Both the position numbers and the translations under genes were made by a program. Below are positions 1 through 14,165 of a DNA stretch of 64,000 nucleotides, in pieces. The notes below the pieces were generated by a model. The model ran no database searches and was not told the origin of the DNA. It saw only the letters and a list, made by a program, of their open reading frames with translations. How positions within the stretch are numbered: position 1 is the stretch's first letter; each line of letters starts with the position of its first letter. This DNA is from Eledone cirrhosa (Eukaryota), in contig OZ024747.1 in the NCBI GenBank assembly GCA_964016885.1, forward strand, positions 40,114,001-40,178,000. Direction: 5' to 3'.

Positions 1-565
1 CATTTTATCTTTCTTCCATTTGCTTTATTTTTGTCTTTACTCTTTTCTTCTTATATTGATTTCGGTCATTTGACCGCGACCATACTGGAGCACTACCTTA
101 ATCGGAAACGGTTGATCATATCGACCTCGGTATTCGTGCTTTTGTTTTTTAAGTCTGATACTAATTGTGTCGCTCTATATTGTCCAACAGCTATGGTACT
201 TGATGTAAATAAACATAGCTACGACCCCCCACCCACCCCACCCCACCACCACCACCACCACCACCACCATCACCATATATATAGTTCAAGAATAAACGAG
301 ACAAACAGAGATGCAAAAAGACAAAACCTTATTAGTTTCACACCTAGGAATGAAGATGAATAAAAAGTATAGAAGTGTCTCAAGGTATCGGACTTAGGTC
401 CTTCTTCAGGAAAGAGCAATGTTTAGAGAGGGGGGGGGGCGAAACTAGGTAGGTATTTCCAAGATGTCGGATAGATATCCCAGATTGAATAGTAGATTTG
501 TCGCATAAGAGTGGAAATACATTTCAAGAATAAATGAGACAAACACTGATGGGTGTATGCATGTA

Positions 566-596
<31 letters not shown>

Positions 597-597
597 C

Positions 598-833
598 ACA
601 AAGAAGGTGTGGTAAGATACCAGGTGGACCATAACGCACGAGAGTACTAAATACTTAGGGTAGTAGAGTGGGTAATAGGTAAAGAGTCAGGACTCCGACG
701 GCTGATCTCCGGCCGTTTCGACAGCTAGATCCGAACTGAGAGGCTGGAGGTGAAGTAACAGGTTAAGTGACTTGTGATCCGTTTGGAGGATCCAGCTGTC
801 GAAACGGCCGGAGCTCTGCCGTCGGGGTCCTGA

Positions 834-838
<5 letters not shown>
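598..838. repeat. Family B fold-back insert in (TA)n
   Basis: Inverted arms ~683-732 and ~788-836 carrying the 3' half of an HHR (GAAACGG..CCGTC). Confidence 0.8.
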
Positions 839-874
<36 letters not shown>

Positions 875-1536
875 CCACACCCGAACTCCCAGATGCACAA
901 ACTACAGCTTTAAAGAAAAAAACAAAGCTTTCATCTGGTATTTTTAAAACCGTTTCGTTTTCTTCAGGTCATTTGTGATATTAGTAATGACATGGGAAAT
1001 TTATTACTAAGTTTTCCATTATTTATATATCATTATTGGATGATATCATTATAGGTTTTATCATTGATATATACTGAAAAACATATATACCCCAGTTAGA
1101 TATTTAGGTAGAACCTGCTGCGCTCACAGCCGTTTGTTATTGTTTTATAAACTCTTGTCTAAATGAATTTATTTATAAAACGTATCATCTGTTTATGGAC
1201 AGTTACATCTGAAAATATTCCCGTGTCAAACGTCATTTTGAGGTGCAACAATTATAAAATAGTGTATGTTTTCGTTGATTTTAAGTGTTCCCTTAGGATT
1301 TACATCAGAAAATGATTCACAGATTTACGACAGACGGCGCTAGCTTTCGAAAATATATACATTTAATAGGTTTAATTACCCGCAGGTCTTGTCAGCACTG
1401 TAGACTTGAATGATGAGTGAGAAGTATCTGTTACCCTATATCTATAATTGTATGATGTATACAGTAATATGCAGCTTATAATGCATGACATTCACTTTAT
1501 CAGCCGCACATGACAATTTCCACCCCTACACACATG

Positions 1537-1567
<31 letters not shown>

Positions 1568-2194
1568 GTATGTGTATATATATATATATATGTGTCTGTG
1601 TGTGTGTATGTGCGCGTGTGTACGGAGAGGTGCATGTATGTGTGTATATATGTATATGTGTATTAAAGGCCTAACTTATCCTTTGTTGTTGTAAAGGAAC
1701 TCGTTTAACTCATTAAATATAAGCAATGGAAAGGAGAAACTCGAAAATACGTCGATTCTTTCTCTGTCTCACTTTATCACTTTCTCAGTTTCTCTTTCTT
1801 TCTTTGTCTGGGAGAAATCGGGTGTGCTCCGACATAGAGAGGGATGAACTCCGCCAGATGTAAAATACACTAGCCTCACAAAATAGTGCCCTTGCGATTC
1901 ACTCAAGTATTATGGACATTTTACTTCTATTTTAACTATCAAGACACAATTGTCTTGTGTAAATACTACTGACAAAAGACCACACAATAGACAAGCATAG
2001 ATAAGGCTCTCTAGCCAGTAGTCAATCTCATTTCTATAATTAATAAATCACTAACACTGACACACCACACGATAGACAGTTGAAGAAAAAACTTATAAAT
2101 GTATGTCTTCCTTCTTTTCGTCCCTTCTGTTCGTCCTATTTTCTTACCCCCTTTCCTTCTTTTTGTTCTCCTCGTCTTCTATTACATGTTTTAC

Positions 2195-2440
2195 CTGGCC
2201 TAGTGATAAGGGTTTTGGAATTACGATCATAATGTCGTGGGTTCGATTCCTGGGCTGGGTTGCGTGTTGTGTTCTTGAGCAAAACACTTCGTTTCACGTT
2301 GCTCCAGTATACTCAGCAATAGCTAGAAGTATAACCCTGCGATAGACTGATGTCTTTCCAGGAGCGGGAGAAGGGGGTCAGGTACTCTCAGTTGCATCAC
2401 ACCACAAAACCGGTATTAGCACCGGCCTAACAAGCATTCT
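2195..2440 (+). mobile_element. tRNA-derived SINE, second family (CORE-like); copies 50570-50722(-) and ~22150-22280(-)
   Basis: A-box tggcctagtg, B-box ggttcgattcc, then gtgttcttgagcaaaacactt..ttgctccagt. Confidence 0.7.
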
Positions 2441-3134
2441 GCATTGAGATACACTCTAGTCTTTAGACTTTATATTTCCACCAAGTACAATAAATATTTC
2501 TCCTCTTTACATCTCACCGAAACATATCAAAGTTATCAAAGTTAATACAAACCTAATTCTTTCATGATAAAAATAAATGTGTTCATTTATAGTCCACAAG
2601 TTCCCAAGACATTGACGACAATACAAGGACAGAAACAAAAAAGTATGTGAGGGTTCCATTTTCACTCGGCTGATTGCTGAATATGGCCTGCACAAGATAG
2701 CAATTGTTCGACAAGTCCACAACTCTGCAATGCATGAGAACTAGGTGATACCATGCACGAAGCATTTGGACCGTTTCTTTCCTTCCCTCATTAAAAAAAA
2801 ACAGTAAAACATTTAGAAAATGCAGTCTTTTCTGCTGTTACTGCTGGTGCGGGCACAGTTACTGCTTCTATTGGAGCTGCGTCTACTGCAACATGAGTAT
2901 GTCTGTTAAAGTACTAACTATGCATCTTACATAAGAAACATTAATAGAAGATTCAATTCAGTAGACTTTGTTAAAGTAAAAAGTAGATTATGAAAATTAC
3001 CAACAATATAAGCAATTAATCAAAATCGTCTGAGAAAACTTGAATGCAACAATGCTGAAAATTACACACACATACTTATATATGGGAAACGATCGAGGAT
3101 TTTTCTGTCCTATCCTATTCTTTTCATTATTATT

Positions 3135-3278
<144 letters not shown>

Positions 3279-5524
3279 TAAAATATCACAAGAGATAAGT
3301 AGAAAAATATTTTACATTCTTTTACAGAACAAATGCCTTTTTATATAGATAAACAACTCACATAAATAAACACAAAAGTAAAATACAGAAATAAACACGA
3401 GCCCCTACACATGTAATAAATTCAAACATAAAAGATTCATATTAACAGACAAAATTATTTTATTTTAAAAATGTCTTTACATTTCCAAAGTAAGAAGTCT
3501 GAAAATATCTATTTTTTTTCCTTGATAACAAAAGGATTTATATTAATGTTCTGTAGTTTCTGTAATTTGTTTTGTTTTAACCTTATTATTGATGAAAAAA
3601 TATTTACAGTTCAAGTTAACCAATATGAAGCAATCTAAAAAAGTCTAACAAAAATGTGAATGCGTGATGGTTCAGTATATGAGGGGGGAGGGGGAGAAAG
3701 TGAGGGAGAGAGAGAGAGCATATGTGCGCTTGTGTGTATATGTTTAGCTGTATATTCTAGACATTTTTTCTGAGATTTTGCATGTGTTCTTTTGGGTCCT
3801 TTCGTTTTGTTTCTTCATTTTTCTGGTTTGTATATGAGATAAGAATGCATGTGATATAATTGATGCGTCTATGTTTGTGTATATGATCTGTGTATGAACG
3901 TATGTATGTACGTATTTCTGCGTGTGGGTTATATATATATATTATATATGTGTGTGTGTGTGTGCATGTGTGTGTATGTAGGTATTTATGAATGTATATA
4001 TCTGTGTACTCAAGTATGTATGTATGATCAAGTTATATATATGTATATATATATATTTTTTTTAATTAAGAAAAACATAAAATCGAAGTCTAAATATTAA
4101 AACACCATTATTGTAAAAGCAAATTGTATGTGTACGTGCCCATGCTTAAGTATATGTAACTGTGCGTACGTTTATATCAAATGGAAAGCTTAAGATGAAT
4201 GAAAGATTTAAGTACTACGGAGGGCGGGAACCTTAAATCTCGAACAACAGGAAAGAAATATATATATGTTTGTGTTTGTGTGTGTGTGTGTGTGTGTGCG
4301 TGTTTATATATCCATATATATATATACATACATATATATATATATATACACATATATATTTACATATATATGTATATATGTATATATATATATACATATA
4401 TATGTATGTATGTGTGTATGTATGTGTGTGCATGTGCGTGTGTGTATGTATTTATTTATTTAAATGAAATAACATGAAATGCGAAAGAAACTTATACAAA
4501 CAATTACCTAATTTATTTATAAGCTTGTATAATATATATTTGTTTTTTATCCCTAGCTGCAAAACAATACAGCACATCTCTTTATTTGTATCAAGAATCA
4601 TAAAATCTTTGGAGTTGGAAATATGAGGACGTAAATAAGTTTTTGTTATGCAATAAATGTCTAAAAAGCTTTAGAAATATTATTTTTCTAGCAGAAATTC
4701 CAGTGAAATCAGAAGTTCTTCTGTGGTTAAAAAAATTAAGTTAGATGCCATCTCTCGAGTTTTCTGTATGAAATCGAGTGACAATCAGTCAGTAATTAAG
4801 CATCTAAGTGGTTGCGTGACTAGCAAGAAATAACAGCCAAATCTCCCTTGAATTAAACTCTGTCATCTTTAAAATGCAGAGGGCAAATTGTATGGAGACG
4901 TTATGATACGCTATGGCTGAAGGAAAAAAAGGGGTTATGAAGAGATGCAAAGGCCTTAATTGCAGGAATGCTGGATCGAGACTAGTTTGATATTAAACTA
5001 CAACTAATAACAATATAATAATAAAAGATATCGACAACTGAGGTAGCTGAGTTCATATGAGAAGAATAAGCATTGTTGAGCCAATTTCTGATAAGAGTGC
5101 AATGAGTTGTATTTATTCAAGATATGTGATGACGTAATAAGACTTTGATTGAATTAGCTAGATTAAACTTCGTATGTGTTGGGAGTATAGAAATAATAAT
5201 TCAGAGAGATATAGAATCGCATTTCTGGAAGATTAATGTCAGCACGGTGATGGCTGGTTTAAAAGGGATGACATGCTAAAGATGCTCTTGATTATTATCA
5301 TTTTCATCATCATCAAAACCGTTATCCCACTGCAGATTATTATTATATATATATATATATTCGATATATCTCATATGAAATAATACACCCAATTTTCCAC
5401 GCAATACATTTAGTTAGCACCCCGAACGCTTAATTAGGAATATACTCACTTATTTTCTAATGTTTGTTGAGGGTGTTGGGATTTGGCCGGAGTATCGCTA
5501 AAAAGCTTTCTCCGATAATGTATT

Positions 5525-5556
<32 letters not shown>

Positions 5557-5676
5557 CGTGTGTGTGTGTGTGTGCGTGCGTGCGTGTGCGTGCGTGCGCG
5601 TGCGTGTGCGTGTGCGTGTGTGTATGTGTGTGTGCGTGTGTGTGTGTGTATATGTGTCTGTATATGTGTGTGTGTC

Positions 5677-5730
<54 letters not shown>

Positions 5731-5935
5731 GTGTATATTTATATCGATTAAACTACGACTGATCTATTGGCATAGAATGCGAGATGATTCAAATATGCTT
5801 ACACATACACCTGTCGTATTTGTGCAATATCGAAACGATTGTAGGGAACGGTTTTTAAAAAATATTTATTCCCCGCACTTACTGATCACACACACTACAT
5901 GATTTTAGGACCTTGTTTGTAGATTCAAACTCAGC

Positions 5936-5990
<55 letters not shown>

Positions 5991-8900
5991 GATAGGCTCA
6001 AAAGAAAAAAGAAAAAACAAACATCAAAACCAAAGCAGCACAGCAACAACAGCAAAAAAAGAGAAAAACAAACAGAGAAAAACAAAAACAAAAAAAAAAA
6101 AACGTAAAGAAAATAAGAATGAAGAGAGAAACAAGCGGACGGACAGAGAAGAGAAGGGAAAAACTAAGTCAGACATTCGAACACTACATTACAATGAAAC
6201 TTATGCTTATTCATTTTTGGGGGTTTTTCTGCTTGTGTGTTTGTTTGTTTATTTGTGTTCGTCTACAGCGTGGTGATAATGCCACACAAGAGCAAAGTGG
6301 AGCGGCGCAACCACCGGAGACGGTGAATCCACCGGAAACGGTGAATCCACAGATGGTTATGTAACCATACATTCGCCAATCCTCGATAAGAGTGTTTAAA
6401 TATCGAACCTAAACAGTTCGAATAACGGTGAAATGGAGACTAGAACGTCATGTGACAGACTCTCACCCAACATGTGCTCCCTGGCTCAGCAGCAGGAACC
6501 TGGCTGTCAACCAAATACTGCTGGTGTTGGAGGAAGAAGAAGAAGGAAAGGGACCAGAACCAACTGGACGAAAGAATTGAATAGAACTGTTATGCAATGT
6601 TACCTGAAAAGTAACCCCAAGGAGAGGGGCTATAGGAGACGGATGCATAACATCTGGAACGAGATTGGTCTATTTAAATTAGATGAACAAAAATTGGCCG
6701 GGCAGGTTCGGGTAATAAGAACTAATGGGTGGATAAGCGAGCTGGAACTGGAGGAACTGAGCAGAGAGATTAGCTTGGAGATAGAGGGTGGAGTATGCCA
6801 GGCAAACGCGCCAGTGGGAAATGAAGGTGAAGAGGTCGAGAGAACGGAGGAACCACCCGAAGCAGACAATGATCTGAATACTGAGATAAATAATACCTGG
6901 AACAGAGATACGGCCACTGAGGAGATGAATGCTGACGGGCTAGGACAAGATTCGGTTGACATCCTAAATTTAGTGGTAGATGAATTGAACAATGATAGTG
7001 GGAGACCTATGAACCTAAGATTTGTAGACAGGAAAAAGTTAAAAGAAACAACAGCTAAGGTAAACAAAGTCATCCCATACCTTGAGGCGAGGAGCCTTCA
7101 CCAGTGCAACAATATCCTCAAAGCAACAGCAAATACGGTGAGGAAACTACTTGGTATAAAAGCGAGAGGAAACAACAGACAAGAAAGAGCAGAGCCTTGG
7201 TGGAAGAAACGACTGAGTGGTCAAATCAGGGAAATGAGAAATGACATTGGAAAGCTTGAGTCACTACTGAATGGGACACTAAAAAACATAGGCACTAAAA
7301 ATAGACTGGAAATAAAGTACAAAACTAGGAGGAAAAAGCTAAATATTATCATAGAGGAACTGAAGCGACGCATTGTAGCAAAGAGTGCAAAAATCAGGCG
7401 ATACGAGAACAGAGTCAGTCAGTATAAACAGAACCGCATGTTTGACAACAGCCAGAAGATGCTGTTTGGACAGCTTGAGGGGAAAGAAAGAGGCAACGAC
7501 TTGATCCCTGAGGCGGAACAAACTAAAACATTCTGGAGAGGAATATGGGAGCAGGATGTTAGACATAATGACCAGGCAGGGTGGATTGAGACAGTACAGA
7601 GGGAGATCGGTGAGCAGGCACACCAGCAAACTGATTTGAGTATCACAGTTGAAACTCTTAAGGGGCAGGCCAAAAAACTAACCAACTGGAAATCACCAGG
7701 CCCAGATGGTGTGCAGGGGTATTGGATTAAAAATATAACATCCCTCCACCCGAAACTGACAACCATGTTCAATGACTGCTTGATGTCAGGTGAGGTACCA
7801 GAGTGGTTGACAAAAGGTACCACAGTTCTGATAATGAAAGACCGAATCAAGGGTAATGATGTTACCAACTATAGACCTATCACATGTCTGTCCGTAATGT
7901 GGAAACTGTTGACGAGCATTATGTCTGAGGAAATCTACCATCACCTCCACACAAACAACTTGTTACCGGACGAACAGAAAGGATGCCGAAAGAAGTCACG
8001 TGGTACAAAGGACCAGTTACTTGTTGATAAGATGGTAATGGGGAATTGCAGGAGGAGACACACTGATCTTGCCATGGGATGGATAGACTACAGAAAGGCA
8101 TTTGACATGGTGCCTCATTCTTGGATCACCAAAAGCCTGGAGATCTTCAAGGTGGCAGATAACATCAGACAGTTGCTGGGCAGGAGTATGAGGTCCTGGG
8201 AAACAGAGTTGACATCAACTGGAGAATCTTTGGGAAGCGTGAAGATCAAGAGAGGTATCTTCCAGGGAGATAGCCTGTCCCCTCTGTTGTTTGTCCTTGC
8301 CCTGATGCCCCTGACCATTATGCTGCGAAAAGTGAGAGCAGGATACAAGTTGGGAAAGGGAGAGCTTACCATCAATCACCTCCTCTTCATGGACGATATT
8401 AAGCTCTTCGGGAAGAGTGACAAGGAGTTGGATGTGCTTGTTGACACTGTCCGTATTTTCAGCAGTGATATATGTATGCAGTTTGGTATTAGTAAGTGTG
8501 GAGTCATTGTGATGAGGAGGGGTAGGTTGAGCAGAAGTAACGGAATCCAGATACCAACAGGTGAGATGATAAAGGAAATTGACTCTGAGGAAGGATACAA
8601 GTATTTGGGCGTTCTGGAGGCTAATAGCATAAAGAACAAAAAAAATGAAGGAATTGTTAAGAACTGAATACATTCGGAGAGTAAGGAGCGTATTGAAGTC
8701 ACATCTGAACAGCAGAAATGCCATAAGCGCAGTAAATTCCCGAGCTGTGTCTATTATTAGGTACAGTGCGGGAATTCTGAGATGGAATGTTGCTGAACAA
8801 AAAGAAATCGATAGGAAGACTAGGAAGCTATTGACTATCTACAACATGTTTCACAAGAGGAGTGATGTCGATAGACTCTACCTAAGGAGATCTGAGGGTG

Positions 8901-9900
8901 GAAGAGGTCTTATCAGCATAGAGGACTGTGTTCAGATGGAGAAAAACAACCTACACAAATACGTGACTGATAGTAAGGAGCCAATGCTCAGAACTGTACT
9001 GAAGGAGGAGACAATAGGCCAGGGGATGTCCAAGGAGGAAATAACATCAAGGAGAAAGAGCAGCCTTCAGGGAAAATCCCTTCATAGTACCTTCTTTGAG
9101 AAAACTGAATTTAGAGATCCACAGACATGGAACTGGTTGAGAAGAGGAGACCTCAAAAAGGCTACAGAAGGAATGTTAATGTCTGTGCAGGAGCAGGCCC
9201 TCAAAACGAAGTGGTTGAAACACCATATCTACAAGGAGGAGGCTAGACCACTGTGCAGGATCTGTGGAGAGAGAGAGGAGACTGTGGCTCACATTGTATC
9301 CGAGTGTAAACACCTAGCCCAGACCCACTATAAGGGCTGGAGACATGATGTGATGGGCAGGGTGATCCACTGGCACCTGTGCAAAGTAAACAATTTACCA
9401 CATTCTGAGAAATGGTATGAGCATAAGCCAGAGGCGGTGATGGAGAACGATCAGGTGAAGGTGCTGTGGGATTTTAGGATACCGACGGACAAGAAACTGG
9501 AACACAATAGACCTGACCTGGTGGTTGTGGACAAAGAAAAAAGATCGTGTCTGATTGTGGATGTGGCCTGCCCATTCGACACGAGAGTGCAAGAGAAGGA
9601 GAGGGAGAAAATTAACCGATACCAGGACTTAAAATGGGAGGTAAAAAGGATTTGGAACTGCCATGAAGTCAAAGTGATCCCGATTGTCATAGGCGCACTG
9701 GGGACTATCTCCAAAAGTTTCCAGGGATGGTTAAAGAAAATCGGCCCCTTCACGCTTTTTGGAACGCTTCAAAAGGCATGCTTGCTTGGAACGGCAAGAA
9801 CCCTCCGATACGTCCTGAATATCTGATGCTGCAGGTAGTGGCTTGATATTCATTCCAACGGACTTTCCAGTTAACTAACATCAATGACTGAGATTCAAGG
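5991..9900 (+). mobile_element. R4/Dong-clade non-LTR retrotransposon in (TAA)n; 5' boundary uncertain
   Basis: Single long RT-CCHC-RLE ORF. (AAT)n at 5935-5990 and 9901-9920. Short 3' UTR. 18-bp tandem repeat ccaccggaRacggtgaat at 6311-6350 in the 5' UTR. Confidence 0.85.
6433..9826 (+). CDS. Dong/R4 ORF (~1130 aa if joined) with one frameshift in an A8 run at 8638-8645
   Basis: RT motifs [85 protein letters not shown]. ORFs 6433-8667 and 8645-9826 join if one A is removed. Confidence 0.9.
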
Positions 9901-9968
9901 AATAATAATAATAATAATAATATTATTATATATATATATATATATAGGTGTGTCTGTGTGTGTGTGTG

Positions 9969-10056
<88 letters not shown>

Positions 10057-10085
10057 CATATATACATACATACTCTTTCAATATG

Positions 10086-10149
<64 letters not shown>

Positions 10150-10690
10150 TACATATGCGTGTACAGACACACACATGCTACAGCGATGGGGAAATGGAGC
10201 GTGCGTGAACGATAAACAAAATGAGAAAAGAGGACTCTACAACATTTACATCGTATATAATCTTTTACAACTCTTCAAATATTACCCAATGAAATATCAT
10301 ATTTGTATGTTCAGTAATCGACCAGAAAAGTTCATTGAAATGACGAAGGTGCTGTATTAATAAACATGCGCATGCATGTAATATTTGCACGCACATGCTT
10401 ACATTTCTAGGAAAAGCAGCGCGTTGCATATTATTTATTCTCTGATAACGTATATATATACCGCCACCATATGTTCAACACGGCATCAATATTTACGTGT
10501 ACACATACGTATTATATATATTTGTGTTTGTTTGAATATGCATTCATATGTTCAGATGTCTGTATGATTGCATTGGAAGACACACATACACACACAGAGA
10601 CACACACAAACACAGACACATATTCACATACACACACGCACACACACACACAGAGACACACAGACACAAACACAAACACGGACACATATT

Positions 10691-10726
<36 letters not shown>

Positions 10727-10924
10727 TATATGTATATATATATATGTGTATATATATATATACACAGATATATATATATATATATAACATTTGGTTAAAT
10801 TTACACCATTTATACATGTCAGACACGCGCGTTTCACTGAAGTAGTTATTTCTTCACTCAGAAATAGTGACAAGGAGAAAGAAGAAGATATATTCAGGTA
10901 TACATGTTTACACCCAAACCCACA

Positions 10925-10959
<35 letters not shown>

Positions 10960-11145
10960 AGAGATATATTGCTATATCTCATATGAAATTATGCAGCCAA
11001 TTTTGCATACAATACAATTAGTTAGCACCCCGAACGTTTAATTAGGAATATACTCAGGTATTTCCTAATGTTTGTTGAGAGAGTTGGAATTTGGCCGGAG
11101 TATCGCTATTAGCTTTCTCCGATTATGTATTTACATATATATATA

Positions 11146-11318
11146 TTAAAATAACAGATTAAAGTTTAAGCAAAAATTCGCTGCTTTAGCGATTCTTTGC
11201 TTAAACTTTAATCTATTATTTTAATAAATATTTGCTCTACTGTTCTTATATATTTGATATATATTTATCCTTATCGAGCCCTCTTTGGATTTTAGTCTTC
11301 ACATTTATTATTATTACT
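11146..11318. repeat. Family C fold-back insert; other copies 27384-27548, 36643-36858, 59952-60175
   Basis: tattaaaataacagattaaagtttaagcaaa and its reverse complement. Shared tail ..atcgagccct..gtcttca. TA/TAA flanks. Confidence 0.8.
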
Positions 11319-11326
11319 ATATATAT

Positions 11327-11446
11327 ATACAATATTAATAAATGGAAAATATATTTATAAAACCATATTTATTTCATTATATATATTTCAAGGATACCAA
11401 GTTAAATCATGGTATGCCTTTATCAGTTATAATAATATTTGGTTGT
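11327..11446 (-). repeat. Family A pLTR fragment with decayed HHR (CUGAUAA)
   Basis: Similar to 30372-30480 and 59403-59500. Confidence 0.75.
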
Positions 11447-11523
11447 TATATATATATATATATATATTATAGATAACTAGGAATCAGTGATACATCAAAA
11501 CACAATTGCTTTGAAAACGCAAC

Positions 11524-11615
11524 ACATATCTGAGGACCTTGCGAATGCAGAGTCAGGTTATATCTGTAATAGATCCTGCCTTGAACTGATCACCGTAGAA
11601 ACATATGTAATATGT
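11524..11615 (+). ncRNA. Hammerhead ribozyme with long stem II
   Basis: ACAUAU-CUGAGGA-(61 nt)-GAAA-CAUAUG-UA-AUAUGU. Perfect 15-bp outer stem 11493-11507/11621-11635. Confidence 0.75.
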
Positions 11616-11695
11616 TAATAAATTGTGTTTTGATGCATCGAGTGCTCAAACGGCATACCGCCTCTGGACGCATTTATTGCAACCATATAACAACC

Positions 11696-11749
<54 letters not shown>

Positions 11750-11899
11750 AATATGGGGAGAAGAATACTGCATGGTTGCACATGGATTACATGTTATAAA
11801 ATGAGTCCCTCATCAGTGATTTGCCAACGATCATTGGTATTTCATCGCATTAAAAATCATATACCTCACGTTGGTGCAACAATAACTAAAATAAGTTAT

Positions 11900-11932
<33 letters not shown>

Positions 11933-11988
11933 AATTATAAAAATGACTTCTACATGACTAGAACCGTTTGCTTCGTAAGAAATCATCA

Positions 11989-12025
<37 letters not shown>

Positions 12026-12413
12026 GAGGGATATATTGATAGAATAATTTTACTTGTAGTTATTCAGTAATACGAACGTAGTTATTTCTTTTACTTTCGT
12101 TTAAATTTCGCTTTAAATTTTAATCTTAATTTTTTTATGGCTCTCTTTCTCGAAGTTATCGCCACCATACCTCACATCACATCATCTGTATCAACCTTTC
12201 ATCCCCATCAGTTCACTTGATACTCTCACCGTGTTCTTTTTCGACATCGTATCAACATCTGCTTCTTCTCTGGCGGCCATATTTATCTCACATTAATTGA
12301 CAATCACCTATAAATTGTATCTTAATTTTATTCTTTTACTTCTTTGACCAACCCATCATTCTCTCTCTCTCTCTTACACTTTCTTATTCTCGCTTTCTTT
12401 CTCTTTCTTTCCT

Positions 12414-12498
<85 letters not shown>

Positions 12499-12533
12499 GT
12501 GTGTATCAATATATATATATGGGTGTCTATGAT

Positions 12534-12604
<71 letters not shown>

Positions 12605-13439
12605 AGTTTCATTTTGCGAAGAGGGTGTAGGTGGTCTATTTCAGTCTTTTCAATCATAGATTTGTTTGTTTTAGCTGTTGTTGAGGTTATTTCTCTCGTT
12701 GTTGAAGTTTGTTTTCTTTCTCTTCACTTGACGTTGTTGATCATGTGAAAAGACTAATAATATTTCTTCTCTAACTTTATTGTTTTTATTATTGCAACAG
12801 ACCTTCCAATTGCTGATGTTAACCCTGCTGCATTTTTTGTTGTTGTTGCTACTGATACTGCTACGTCTGTTGTTGTTGTTCTGATTCTGTAATACATGTT
12901 CCCGGTGTAGTTACTTTTGTTGTGACCATCGTGGCATTTTTTAATCAGGTTTCTTTCATTTTCTTGGTCATTCTTTTTTTTTGTCCTTCTTGTCTTTGTA
13001 CTTGTTTGCGGTCTTCATTTTGCCGTAGTCGTTGTTGTTGTTATTGTGGCTGTCATCGTTGTTACTGTAGTTTTTGTTGTTATTAGTGGTAATGATGTTG
13101 GTCTTGGTACACTTCATTATGCTTTTCTGTTTGTTTTTTGTTTTTTTGTTTTTGTATGTTGTATTTTTTAAAGAGGCAATTTCATTGCTATAGATTCATG
13201 CGATGTCTTTGTCCTTGGAACTCTCCACTCTCTAAAAGATGTTATATTGCTGATCGTTGTTATTCTTGTGGTGGTTGTTACTGGGAGATGGCGGTAATTA
13301 TGAGAGGGGGACAAAATAAGTAGAAGGTGATTGTTGAGGAATTTGTTCCTTTTTTTTTTTTTTTTACATTATTGTTCTTGTTACATGATGTTGAAGTTAT
13401 CCACGACGTTTTGATATTTCTTTTACCTGTATTGTATTA

Positions 13440-14165
13440 CAGCTACAACTGATTATACTTTTACGTTCTAAGTTCAAACCCCACCGAACCGAGGTTAGCT
13501 TTGCCTTACGGGCTCGATAAAATAAAGCACCAGTAATGCACTGGGATCGATTTAATCAACTTACCCCTCCCCCCAAATTGCTGACCTTATGCCTAAAGTA
13601 GAAACAATTATTATTCTGAGTTCAAATCCCGCCGAGGTTGACTGTGCCTTTCATCCTTACGGGGTCGATGAAATAAAGTACCAGTAATGCACTGGGTAAT
13701 TGATGGCCTTGTGCCTAAAGTAGAAACAATTATTATCATTATTAAGGGTAGTGGATTGACAGTATCAGTAGAACGTCGGAAGCCATGTTTTATGGTCTGA
13801 GTTCAAATCCCGCCGAGGTGAACTTTCCCTTTCGTCCATACGGGATCGATAAAATAACACACCATTAACGTACTGGGGTCGACTTAATCGACTTTCCCCT
13901 CCACCCAAATTACTGGCCTTGTGCCTATACTAGAAATCATTATTAAGGGTGGTGGATTGACAGTAGAACGTCAGACAACATGATTTACGGCATTGAGTTA
14001 TGTCCCTTTACGTTCAGAGTTCAAATCCCGCCGAGATTAGCTGAGCCTGTCATCTTTATGGAGTCGATAAAATAAAGCACCAGTAATGCACTGGGGTTGA
14101 TTTAATCGACTTGCTCTCCTCCAAAATTTGTTGGCCTTGTGCCTAAATCAGAAACCATTCTTAAT
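13440..14165 (+). mobile_element. Four tandem tRNA-derived SINE copies with Meta-domain-like core
   Basis: B-box gttcaaatcc. Core gcctttcatccttacggggtcgataaaataaagtaccag. Tail gtgcctaaagtagaaacaattattat. Confidence 0.8.

Noticed and set aside
31-363. Poly-His ORF
   Set aside because: It derives from a (CAC)n microsatellite and repeat fragments.
930-975. Minus-strand CUGAAGA-aaaac-GAAAC hammerhead-like words
   Set aside because: No convincing stem I/II or cleavage triplet.
2593-2642. Possible small upstream TH exon (tttatag..gtatgt)
   Set aside because: The splice signals are plausible but the peptide has no TH similarity.
13440-14165. CRISPR-like or tRNA-gene array
   Set aside because: The units are diverged SINEs with no unique spacers, cas genes or full cloverleaf, in a eukaryotic context.
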